Assembly: GCF_001306055.1 (NCBI RefSeq)
Contig: NZ_LGHJ01000017.1
Location: 1-32,000, forward strand
Reading direction: 5' to 3'
Origin: Bellilinea caldifistulae
Lineage (GTDB): Bacteria > Chloroflexota > Anaerolineae > Anaerolineales > Anaerolineaceae
Length of the DNA stretch: 32,000 bases
The position numbers and the translations under genes were made by a program. Below, in pieces: positions 17,036 through 24,661 of this stretch. Numbering within the stretch: position 1 is the stretch's first letter; each line of letters opens with the position of its first letter. The notes under the pieces are model-generated. The model worked only from the letters and a program-made list of their open reading frames with translations. It was not told the origin of the DNA and did not search any database.

Positions 17036-17840
17036 GCCGGTGGACATTGATGCCCTGATTCGCGCCGTACAGGCCAACCCGCGCTACGCCGCCATAGACC
17101 CCGGCTTGATTCGCGGGTTAATTGAACGCTATCAGAGCAGCATTCACCAGCCGCGTGAATTGATTAAGGCTGTGCGCAATAAACTTCATCAGGTTGGCGG
17201 GGCTTATCTGGAAAAGCCAATAGACTATGCGAATTGGGGCGAACGCCTTGCAATCCTGCCCCGTGACCTGCATCATCCCCAGGTCAAAGAATTTTGCCGA
17301 CAAATGATGGCGCTGCACGCCTCCACCCGCGAACGCCTTCCAATCCTCGACCGGTTTTATGCGGAAACCCTCACCAGTCTTCAGCCCATTCATTCCATCC
17401 TCGATCTGGCTTGTGGGCTCAACCCGCTGGCTCTACCGTGGATGCCGGTCAACCCCGCTACCCAAATTTACGTTTGCGACATTTACAGCGACCAGATTAA
17501 CTTTTTACAGCAATTTTTCAACCATTTTGGCATCCATGGGCAGGCAACCCTTTGCGACCTGACCCGCAGTCTGCCTCAACAGTCGGTTCAGGTGGCTTTC
17601 CTGCTCAAATCCATCCCCTGTCTGGAGCAATTGGATAAGACCATCGCCACACGTTTGCTGCACGGCATTCCCGCAAAATACTGGCTGATTTCGTTTCCGG
17701 CTCACAGTCTGGGAGGGCGCGGCAAAGGGATGCGCCAGCACTACCGCCAGCACTTTGAGGAACTGATTCGCGGTTGGGCGGTACAATTGCGGTCTTTTGA
17801 ATTCCCCGGTGAACTGGTTTTCCTGCTTTCCCCTGCCTGA
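17028..17840 (+). CDS. FmrO/Rmt-family 16S rRNA (guanine1405-N7)-methyltransferase-like protein, copy 1
   Basis: 270 aa. HASTRERL, DLACGLNPLALPW and SFPAHSLGGRGKGM closely match recalled RmtB motifs (HASTKERL, DIACGLNPLAL, SFPTRSLGGRGKGM). 8-nt overlap (ATGCCTGA) with the TGT gene. Confidence 0.8.
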   Translation: MPEPVDIDALIRAVQANPRYAAIDPGLIRGLIERYQSSIHQPRELIKAVRNKLHQVGGAYLEKPIDYANWGERLAILPRDLHHPQVKEFCRQMMALHASTRERLPILDRFYAETLTSLQPIHSILDLACGLNPLALPWMPVNPATQIYVCDIYSDQINFLQQFFNHFGIHGQATLCDLTRSLPQQSVQVAFLLKSIPCLEQLDKTIATRLLHGIPAKYWLISFPAHSLGGRGKGMRQHYRQHFEELIRGWAVQLRSFEFPGELVFLLSPA

Positions 17841-17938
17841 TTCATCCTGCAGACCTAGCCGCAATCCATTTCGGGACGGATGGCACACCGAAAGGACTCG
17901 GCTATGATAGGGTCATCAAACCACAAGGAGAAACAATC

Positions 17939-18229
17939 ATGGAAAACCAAGTCGAAATCAGAAATACACTCAAGACCAATCCACTGGCAATTGCCAGCCT
18001 GGTTCTATCCGCCGGCGGTTTCAGCTTCCTCCCTCTGATCGGAAGTATCGCCGGCATTGTGACCGGGTACATGGCACGTCGCGAGATACGCGAGAATTCC
18101 CACCTCTACAACGGCGAGAGCCTTGCCAAAACGGCGATCATCCTCGGATGGATTGGGATTGTGCTGCCAATCGTGATCCTCACCTTTGGCATACTCTTCA
18201 TGTTTCCTGCGACGACGATCTTCCGCTAA
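17939..18229 (+). CDS. DUF4190-like small membrane protein, paralog 1
   Basis: 96 aa, two TM segments flanking a charged loop (GSIAGIVTGYMARREI...GESLAKTAIILGWIG). AAGGAG RBS. Confidence 0.65.
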   Translation: MENQVEIRNTLKTNPLAIASLVLSAGGFSFLPLIGSIAGIVTGYMARREIRENSHLYNGESLAKTAIILGWIGIVLPIVILTFGILFMFPATTIFR

Positions 18230-18246
18230 TGACGGGCTGACCTATG

Positions 18247-18324
18247 AACGGGAATGGGTTGAGGAAATTTCCTGTGTTTATCCCTCGTTGGAGATGACCA
18301 AAACCCATTCCTGGATCCCGTTTT
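18247..18324 (+). other. Long interrupted hairpin with T-run between the DUF4190 paralogs
   Basis: GGAATGGGTT (18251-18260) pairs with AACCCATTCC (18302-18311). The stem is extended by AACG/CGTT across a 7-nt bulge. A GGAAATTTCC palindrome sits in the apical part at 18263-18272, and TTTT follows. Confidence 0.25.
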
Positions 18325-18391
18325 CCCAAAAAGATAAAAAAACAAGGTTAAAATAAACTTGTCTGCACACTCATACGAAAGAAAAAATCTC

Positions 18392-18697
18392 ATGGAAAGA
18401 ACCCCGCAAATTGAACATGTTTCCTCTCATCCTCTCGCCATTGTTGGCCTGGTGCTTGGTATTCTTGGGCTGATCGGCGTGTTACCGTTGGTCGGCTCAA
18501 TTGGGGCATTGATCGCCGGCAAAATGGCTCAAAAGGAAATTCTGGAAAAACCAGAACTTTACACAGGTGAGAATTTTGCCCGCGCCGGCATCATCATGGG
18601 ATGGATAGGACTCGCCATTGGGGTTGTCATTTGTGTGCTGGTAGCGGTTGCTTTTCTGTTCTTCATGCCGGTTGGCATACAAACCATGCCTCAATAA
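18392..18697 (+). CDS. DUF4190-like small membrane protein, paralog 2
   Basis: About 50% identical by eye to paralog 1 (GSIGALIAGKMAQKEI...GENFARAGIIMGWIG). Start is ATG 18392, with TTG 18359 as an alternative. Confidence 0.65.
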   Translation: MERTPQIEHVSSHPLAIVGLVLGILGLIGVLPLVGSIGALIAGKMAQKEILEKPELYTGENFARAGIIMGWIGLAIGVVICVLVAVAFLFFMPVGIQTMPQ

Positions 18698-18703
18698 CCC
18701 ACG

Positions 18704-19804
18704 ATGAACCTGCACAGCCGCTGGCAACAATTTACGAATCGTTTTCTGAACCGTCTGCGCTGGCGGCTGACCCTGAGTTTCACGCTGGTCACCCTGGCGG
18801 CAATCTTAATGGCAGCCTGGTGGAGCTTCCTGGCGCTGAATGTATATCTTTCTCGCACCATGCCGGATCTGTTTACCGGCTCATCAGCCAGCCAGATGCT
18901 TCCCGGTCTCCTTCAACTGGCAGGACAGGCTCTGCTGGTGCTGATCATTCCGGCTGTGCTGGTAGGAACGTTGTTCGGTTTTTTAACCGCACGCTGGCTG
19001 GAAAGCCGGCTTGACCATTTGCGAAACACCACCGAGGCATGGGCAAACGGCAACTTCAAGCCCCGCATCAACGACCTTGCTCAGGATGAAATTGCCCGCT
19101 TCGGCAGGCAATTGAATCAAATGGCTGCGGAACTGGAAACCCTGATGTCAACCCGTCAGCAGTTAGCTGCCATGGAAGAACGGAATCAGCTCGCCCGCGA
19201 CCTGCACGATTCGGTTAAGCAAAATCTGACTGCGGCCATCTTGCAGCTGAACACCGCTGCAGTGCTGATCGCAACCGAACCTCAGGCTGCCCAACAGACC
19301 CTTCAAAGAGCCGAGGATCTTGCAGTGCAGGCTCAGCAGGAACTCACCAATGTGATATTAGAACTTCGTCCGGCGATGCTGCACCAAAAGAACCTGCCCG
19401 GTGCATTGAAAGATTACCTGCAACGATGGCAACAGCAAAATCAAATTGTCGTGGACTTCACTCACACCGAAAACCTCCAGCTGACATTCAGTCAGGAATT
19501 AACCCTTTTCCGAATAGTGCAGGAAGCCCTTGCCAATGTCATCCGCCACAGCAGTGCAACCCATGTCAACGTTTCTCTTGATTGCGACTCGCACCAGATC
19601 ATGTTGAGAATTCAGGACAATGGCCGCGGCTTTGACCTCAGCCGGTCAGGTTCTTCCGGCTTTGGTTTGAAAAGCATGCGCGACCGGGTGGAAGAAATTG
19701 GCGGTCGGCTGGAGATTGAAAGCAGCATCGGACAGGGAACAACGGTCAGCGCCTCCGTTCCGATCAAACTTGAACCGCGAAATGAGGAAATCCTCAATGG
19801 ATAA
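18704..19804 (+). CDS. Sensor histidine kinase, HisKA_3 (LiaS/DesK/NarX-type), two TM segments with a short loop, HAMP domain
   Basis: H-box LARDLHDSVKQNL, N-box EALANVIRHS, G-boxes IQDNGRGF and GFGLKSM. The loop between the two N-terminal TM segments is only about 20 aa. Confidence 0.85.
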   Translation: MNLHSRWQQFTNRFLNRLRWRLTLSFTLVTLAAILMAAWWSFLALNVYLSRTMPDLFTGSSASQMLPGLLQLAGQALLVLIIPAVLVGTLFGFLTARWLESRLDHLRNTTEAWANGNFKPRINDLAQDEIARFGRQLNQMAAELETLMSTRQQLAAMEERNQLARDLHDSVKQNLTAAILQLNTAAVLIATEPQAAQQTLQRAEDLAVQAQQELTNVILELRPAMLHQKNLPGALKDYLQRWQQQNQIVVDFTHTENLQLTFSQELTLFRIVQEALANVIRHSSATHVNVSLDCDSHQIMLRIQDNGRGFDLSRSGSSGFGLKSMRDRVEEIGGRLEIESSIGQGTTVSASVPIKLEPRNEEILNG

Positions 19805-20462
19805 AACGCCCAACCCAATTACGGTAATTATTGTGGATGACCACGCCGTTGTTCGGCAGGGTTTGATCGCTTTTCTACAAACACAGGAAGACATCGAAAT
19901 CATCGGTGAGGCTGAAAATGGGGCGCAGTTGCTTAAGTTACTCCCCCATAGCGTGCCGGATGTCCTGCTGATGGATCTGATCATGCCGGATATGGACGGG
20001 GTTGAGGCGACCCGCCGGGTAAAAGCCATCAGCCCTCATACGCAGGTCATCATTTTCACCTCTTATTACAAGGATGAACATATTTTTCCGGCTGTTCGGG
20101 CCGGAGCGCTCTCGTATATTTTGAAAGACACCAAACCCGCCGAACTGGTTGATGCCATTCGAAAAGCTTCGCGGGGTGAAGCCGTTCTTCATCCGCGTGT
20201 TGCAGCCCGGCTTGTGCAGGAAGTACAGGGCATACGCAGCGAAACCATCAACCCGTTTTCAGAATTGAGTGACCGTGAGTTGGAAATTCTGCGCCTGATC
20301 GCCAGCGGCATTTCCAATCGCGAGATTGCCGAAGTTCTGTTCATCAGCGAAAAAACAGTCAAGAGCCATGTGAGCAACATTCTCTCCAAACTGCACCTGG
20401 CCGACCGCACCCAGGCTGCCGTTTACGCCTGGAATCAAGGAATTGTCAGACGGGATGAATAA
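19797..20462 (+). CDS. Response regulator, NarL/FixJ family (REC + LuxR-type HTH)
   Basis: VIIVDDHAVVRQGL, LMDLIMPDMDG, LSDRELEILRLIASGISNREIAEVLFISEKTVKSHVSNIL. 8-nt overlap (ATGGATAA) with the kinase gene. Confidence 0.9.
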   Translation: MDKTPNPITVIIVDDHAVVRQGLIAFLQTQEDIEIIGEAENGAQLLKLLPHSVPDVLLMDLIMPDMDGVEATRRVKAISPHTQVIIFTSYYKDEHIFPAVRAGALSYILKDTKPAELVDAIRKASRGEAVLHPRVAARLVQEVQGIRSETINPFSELSDRELEILRLIASGISNREIAEVLFISEKTVKSHVSNILSKLHLADRTQAAVYAWNQGIVRRDE

Positions 20463-21282
20463 AACTGCTTCTGTTTCTGAAGATGAAATTCGCAAATGGA
20501 TTGGAATGCTGCGCGCCATTCGAAAGTATCGCTCGCTGGATTTACCCGATGCCCTCCTGCGCGATTTGATTGTGGAGGAGCTGTCCCGTCATTCCTCTTC
20601 CAGTGAGGCGTTGAAAGCCGTTCGCCGTAAACTCCACAACATCGTTGCCCCTTACCTTGGCGATCCAGACTACACCACCGCCCAAAAAGCCCTGGAGGCT
20701 GCTTTTACCGACGGAAGCCCACAATCTGTCCGAGAATTCTGCCTGTCCATGCTGGCCAGTCACGCCTCCACCCGTGAGCGGATTCCGCTCCTCGATGAGT
20801 TTTACTCCCGTTTGTGGAAAATCACCGGACTACCCCAGACACTCCTTGACCTGGCTTGTGGAATGCAACCGTTTGCCCTGCCGTGGATGGGCTTGCCCAC
20901 CTTGACCCGCTATTTCGCCTATGATCTGCACCGGCCGCGCGTTGATTTGATCAACCAGTTTTTTCAACGGAGCGGCTGCCGCGGTTCTGCCATTCACGAG
21001 GATATTTTGGTCAATCCTCCGCAGATAGAAGCCGAAGTTGCCCTGTTTTTCAAAGAAGCCCACCGTTTTGAACAACGCCGCCGCGGGGCCTGTTTGCCTT
21101 TCTTTCAAGCCCTGCGCGTTCGCTGGCTGCTGGTATCACTGCCAATCAGCAGCCTGAAAGGCACCCGTGATTTAGAAGATCGTCAACGCAGGTTGATGCA
21201 GTCCATCCTTGGCGGTCAAACCTGGGAGGTCACAGAAATCCGTTTTGAGAACGAGTTGGTGTTCTGTATTCAAAAAACATGA
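20455..21282 (+). CDS. FmrO/Rmt-family 16S rRNA methyltransferase-like protein, copy 2 (divergent)
   Basis: HASTRERIP and DLACGMQPFALPW are conserved, but the SLxGxxKGM segment is replaced by SLKGTRDLE. ATG 20455 overlaps the RR stop by 8 nt (ATGAATAA), with TTG 20443 as an alternative start. ATGA overlap with the next gene. Confidence 0.7.
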   Translation: MNKTASVSEDEIRKWIGMLRAIRKYRSLDLPDALLRDLIVEELSRHSSSSEALKAVRRKLHNIVAPYLGDPDYTTAQKALEAAFTDGSPQSVREFCLSMLASHASTRERIPLLDEFYSRLWKITGLPQTLLDLACGMQPFALPWMGLPTLTRYFAYDLHRPRVDLINQFFQRSGCRGSAIHEDILVNPPQIEAEVALFFKEAHRFEQRRRGACLPFFQALRVRWLLVSLPISSLKGTRDLEDRQRRLMQSILGGQTWEVTEIRFENELVFCIQKT

Positions 21283-22772
21283 GCCGTCGTAAAAAAACTT
21301 CCTCAACCGCTCCCTACCCTGCCATTTCAGCACGAGAGACGGCGCTGGAACAATTCCGCGCCTTGCTTGCGCCGGAGGATTTTCAAGCCCTGCTCGAAGA
21401 GCTGGAGCGCCCGCTGTTGCCCGCCTTTCGGATCAACCCACTCAAAACTTCGCCGCAAGCCGTTGCAGACTGGTGCAACTGGTACGGTTGGGAGGTCCAG
21501 CCGGTAGTGTTTTGCCCAACCGGCTGGCAGGTTCGCCAGGCGCGTACACCGCTCAGCCAGACCCTGGAACACCGGTTGGGGCACTACTACATTCAGGATG
21601 CGGCTTCGATGCTTCCGGCAGAATTATTCGACCTGCCAGCGTCTCCCTACCCGCTGATTCTTGACCTGGCCGCTTCGCCCGGGGGAAAGACCACCCACCT
21701 GATCAGCCGCACCCTTGACCGCGGGTTGGTACTGGCCAACGATGCCGGACTCGAACGGATCACCCCACTGCGTTTGGTGCTGCAAAATTGGGGGACGGTC
21801 AATACCGCTGTCACCCGCTTTCCAGCCGAAAAGTTTGGGCGCTGGTTTCCGGCCACCTTCGATTGGGTGTTGCTGGATGCACCGTGCAGCATGCAATCCC
21901 TCCGACCGACCGAATCGCATCCGATGCGGAGCATCTCTCAGCGCGAGCAATCCCATCTGGCACGCCGCCAAACGGCAATGCTCCTCTCCGCCCTGGCAGC
22001 GGTCAAACCCGGCGGTCAGGTGGTCTACTCGACCTGTACCCTCGCTCCGCAAGAAGACGAAGCCGTTCTGGATGAGATTATCCGCCGCCTGCCGTTCAGT
22101 GTTCAAATCAACCCGGTCACCGACCGGCTCCCCGCCCCTGCCCCAGCACTCGCCAATGCGTTTGGTCAAGTCTTCCATCCGCAGGTACAAAACGCCCTGC
22201 GCCTCTGGCCACATCGCTTTTCGACATCCGGTTTTTTTGCGGCCCGCTTAACCCGCACTGGTGAAGTTGAATTACCCATCGAACCGCCACCTGCCCGCCC
22301 CCTGCGCGAAACCGGTCAGGAGCCGCTCAACCGCTCAAACCTGCAAGAGATCACCCACTGGCTACAAAATACCTACGCTTTTGACCTGCTCAGCGTACTG
22401 GAAACCTATCGCTTAGAACTGTGGCACAGCCAGACCTCCGTTTTTGCCGTTCCCATTGCTTTTCTGGAAAGATTCAACGAACTGCCGTGTCAAATGCTGG
22501 GTCTCAAGGTATTGGAAGAAACCCCCGATGGCTGGCAGCCCGCCCATGAATGGGTCAATCGTTTTTTCAATCTCTTTCACGCCGGACGATTAGTCCTACC
22601 GAATGAAATGATGGACGAATGGCTGAAAGGCAAGGATGTTCCCCTGCCGGTTTCCGCCGCTAATCCTCCCGCCGTCTGGTTGGTGTTTGATGAACGCAAC
22701 CGCTTTGTGGGGAGGGGACGCTCCAGTGGTCCCTGGTTGAAAAACCTGCTGCCGCGTCGCCTGATTGGGTAA
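21279..22772 (+). CDS. rsmF: 16S rRNA (cytosine1407-C5)-methyltransferase RsmF-like (NOL1/NOP2/Sun family with C-terminal extension)
   Basis: 497 aa. The architecture is collinear with E. coli RsmF as recalled (EDFQALLEELERPLLPAFRINPLK; YYIQDAASMLP; DLAASPGGKTTH; LLDAPCS; VYSTCTLAPQEDE; C-terminal LKNLLPRRLIG vs LKNSYPRELV). No NusB-like N-domain, so not RsmB-type. Confidence 0.75.
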   Translation: MSRRKKTSSTAPYPAISARETALEQFRALLAPEDFQALLEELERPLLPAFRINPLKTSPQAVADWCNWYGWEVQPVVFCPTGWQVRQARTPLSQTLEHRLGHYYIQDAASMLPAELFDLPASPYPLILDLAASPGGKTTHLISRTLDRGLVLANDAGLERITPLRLVLQNWGTVNTAVTRFPAEKFGRWFPATFDWVLLDAPCSMQSLRPTESHPMRSISQREQSHLARRQTAMLLSALAAVKPGGQVVYSTCTLAPQEDEAVLDEIIRRLPFSVQINPVTDRLPAPAPALANAFGQVFHPQVQNALRLWPHRFSTSGFFAARLTRTGEVELPIEPPPARPLRETGQEPLNRSNLQEITHWLQNTYAFDLLSVLETYRLELWHSQTSVFAVPIAFLERFNELPCQMLGLKVLEETPDGWQPAHEWVNRFFNLFHAGRLVLPNEMMDEWLKGKDVPLPVSAANPPAVWLVFDERNRFVGRGRSSGPWLKNLLPRRLIG

Positions 22773-22780
22773 GAGACGCT

Positions 22781-23755
22781 TCAATCAGAAAGGCTAATTT
22801 CAGCGGTGCGAATGTTCAGCCGGTAGCGCAAACCGAATTGATCCTGAATCAACAGGGTTTCGCCCTCATCCCAGGAAACTGGCAGGTATTGACCCTGCCG
22901 ATTTTCGACAATATAACGCACCACACCGCTGATCAGGTCAACCAGCACAAATGAGGTTTGCATCTCCGCTGGTTGTTGAATATTGCCCAAAATGCCAAAA
23001 GCCAGCCGGCTGTTATCGGGCGCCCAGACCAACCCGCCGGCCTGCCAGTTATCTCCTTGATCCAGCTGCAGTAAGTTTGTGAAGGCAATTTCGCGGAGAA
23101 CCTCCCCCGACAAACTGTGAATGACCAGACGGCCACCCTGCAAAACAGCAAAGGTTTCAACGTCCCCCGCCGCCCGCAACAAACCGCATTCACCGGTTAG
23201 TTGGGTTCTTTCACCGTTTTGCAAATTGACGCGATAAAGACCGCAATCAAATCCGACGATGGTCGGGCTACCATCCGGTATACCATGCTCGGTGTAAAAA
23301 AATTGACTTCCATCTTGGCTCCAGTGGAATTGAGCCGGTAAGGTATAACCCAGCCCAAAGGGGCGTTCTTCATCGAGGATCGGCCAGCGCAACCCGCCAT
23401 CCTTGCGGAACACCGACAGCGAAAGCCGGTAAGTTTCGCCGCTTACCCTGCCATCGGCTGCAACTGGAAAGATGGTGCTGACCTGTACCGTCCATTGACC
23501 ATCCGGCGAGGGGTAAAACCAGTCCTCATGGGTTGTTTTTGGCGGGGCAGGAGACGAAGTCGGGGTTGACCGAATAGCTTCGGTGGATGGGGGCGCCAAA
23601 GTTTCTACCTGGCGAAGTTCAACCGCCGGCGTCGGCGATACCAGTGGAGGTTGAATGACCGCAGTTGGTAGAGACGGCGCAGCCGTTGAACAGGCTGCTA
23701 TTCCGATGCACGCCCCTATCCAGACCAGATTACGCAGCCATTTGGTCATCATCAT
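22781..23755 (-). CDS. Lipoprotein of unknown function, PD40/beta-propeller-like repeats
   Basis: Signal peptide plus lipobox (GIAAC). WSQDGSQFFY and WAPDNSRLAF are repeat-like strings. The start overlaps the rsmE stop (ATGATGATGA). Confidence 0.6.
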   Translation of the reverse strand: MMMTKWLRNLVWIGACIGIAACSTAAPSLPTAVIQPPLVSPTPAVELRQVETLAPPSTEAIRSTPTSSPAPPKTTHEDWFYPSPDGQWTVQVSTIFPVAADGRVSGETYRLSLSVFRKDGGLRWPILDEERPFGLGYTLPAQFHWSQDGSQFFYTEHGIPDGSPTIVGFDCGLYRVNLQNGERTQLTGECGLLRAAGDVETFAVLQGGRLVIHSLSGEVLREIAFTNLLQLDQGDNWQAGGLVWAPDNSRLAFGILGNIQQPAEMQTSFVLVDLISGVVRYIVENRQGQYLPVSWDEGETLLIQDQFGLRYRLNIRTAEISLSD

Positions 23756-24507
23756 CTCCTTTTCGCATAATCCTGTTCTTCAAAAAGGGCCAGCAGTAAA
23801 GCAGCCCCGACAATCGCAGCCGTTTCGGTGCGCAAGATGCGTTTCCCTAAACTCACCGGCAGCCAGCCGGCCTGTTCGGCTGCTTGAACTTCCTCGGCTT
23901 CCCAGCCGCCTTCAGGCCCGATCAGCAAGCCGGCGTGGGCAGCGCTATCCGCTGGTAAAACAGCCGCCGCGCCGATCATCCGTTGGGTTTCACCCTCCCA
24001 CGCCATCAATCCAATCTCAAAGTTTTGCCTGAACGGAAGAAAATCCGGCAGCCATCGCGGTTCATCCAGGCGCGGGATCATTCCCCGTCCGGCTTGTTCG
24101 GCCGCCTCCTGCAAAATTCGTTGCCAGCGGGGATACTTTTCCAGGGCCAATGCAGGATGCTGCACCAGACTGCGCCGGGTGATCAGCGGCACAATCCTGC
24201 TCACCCCCACTTCGGTCACTTTTTGGAGCGTCCACTCAAATTTTTCCCGCTGGGTCAAAGCCAAACCGAGCGTCAGGTGTAAAGCAGGTTCTCGTTCGTT
24301 TTTCTGCCAGCCCAACAAAACCCCGCTTGCTTCTCGTACCGAGAGAGCGGTTAATTCGACTACCGCTTCGTTACCCGAACCATCCAGTGCCATCACCCTG
24401 CAGCCGGGGGTAAGTCGCAAGACTTGCGCCATCTGACGGGCGCACTCCGGTGGAAATTGAACCCGATTCCCCTCAAATGCTGTCGGCGGGATAAAGAAAC
24501 GGTGCAT
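23752..24507 (-). CDS. rsmE: 16S rRNA (uracil1498-N3)-methyltransferase
   Basis: MHRFFIP start typical of RsmE, about 250 aa, C-terminal LLIGPEGGW...E...LG.RILRTETA SPOUT motif. The TTG start at 24549 directly abuts GGAGG and was rejected. Confidence 0.85.
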   Translation of the reverse strand: MHRFFIPPTAFEGNRVQFPPECARQMAQVLRLTPGCRVMALDGSGNEAVVELTALSVREASGVLLGWQKNEREPALHLTLGLALTQREKFEWTLQKVTEVGVSRIVPLITRRSLVQHPALALEKYPRWQRILQEAAEQAGRGMIPRLDEPRWLPDFLPFRQNFEIGLMAWEGETQRMIGAAAVLPADSAAHAGLLIGPEGGWEAEEVQAAEQAGWLPVSLGKRILRTETAAIVGAALLLALFEEQDYAKRR

Positions 24508-24661
24508 ACCCCAATTGTACCTGATGGAATTCGATTTTTCAGGTTTCAACCTCCTGAATTAATTTGAATGAAATTTGTAATCCGTGGGGTGTGTCATTTG
24601 TCGGTACAGATTCGACCCCACATTTCTTAAAATTGAAACATCCCTTCTGGAGATTGTTTGT

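Noticed and set aside
17028-21282. Rmt-like genes as self-resistance markers of an aminoglycoside biosynthetic cluster, or as recently acquired mobile resistance genes
   Set aside because: No aminocyclitol or sugar biosynthesis genes, IS elements, integrases or integron features are visible within 32 kb. Codon usage and GC look like the surrounding genes, judged by eye.
21624-22251. 196-aa (-) and 178-aa (+, other frame) ORFs inside rsmF
   Set aside because: These are shadow or alternative-frame ORFs. The rsmF frame carries the SAM-MTase and catalytic Cys motifs.
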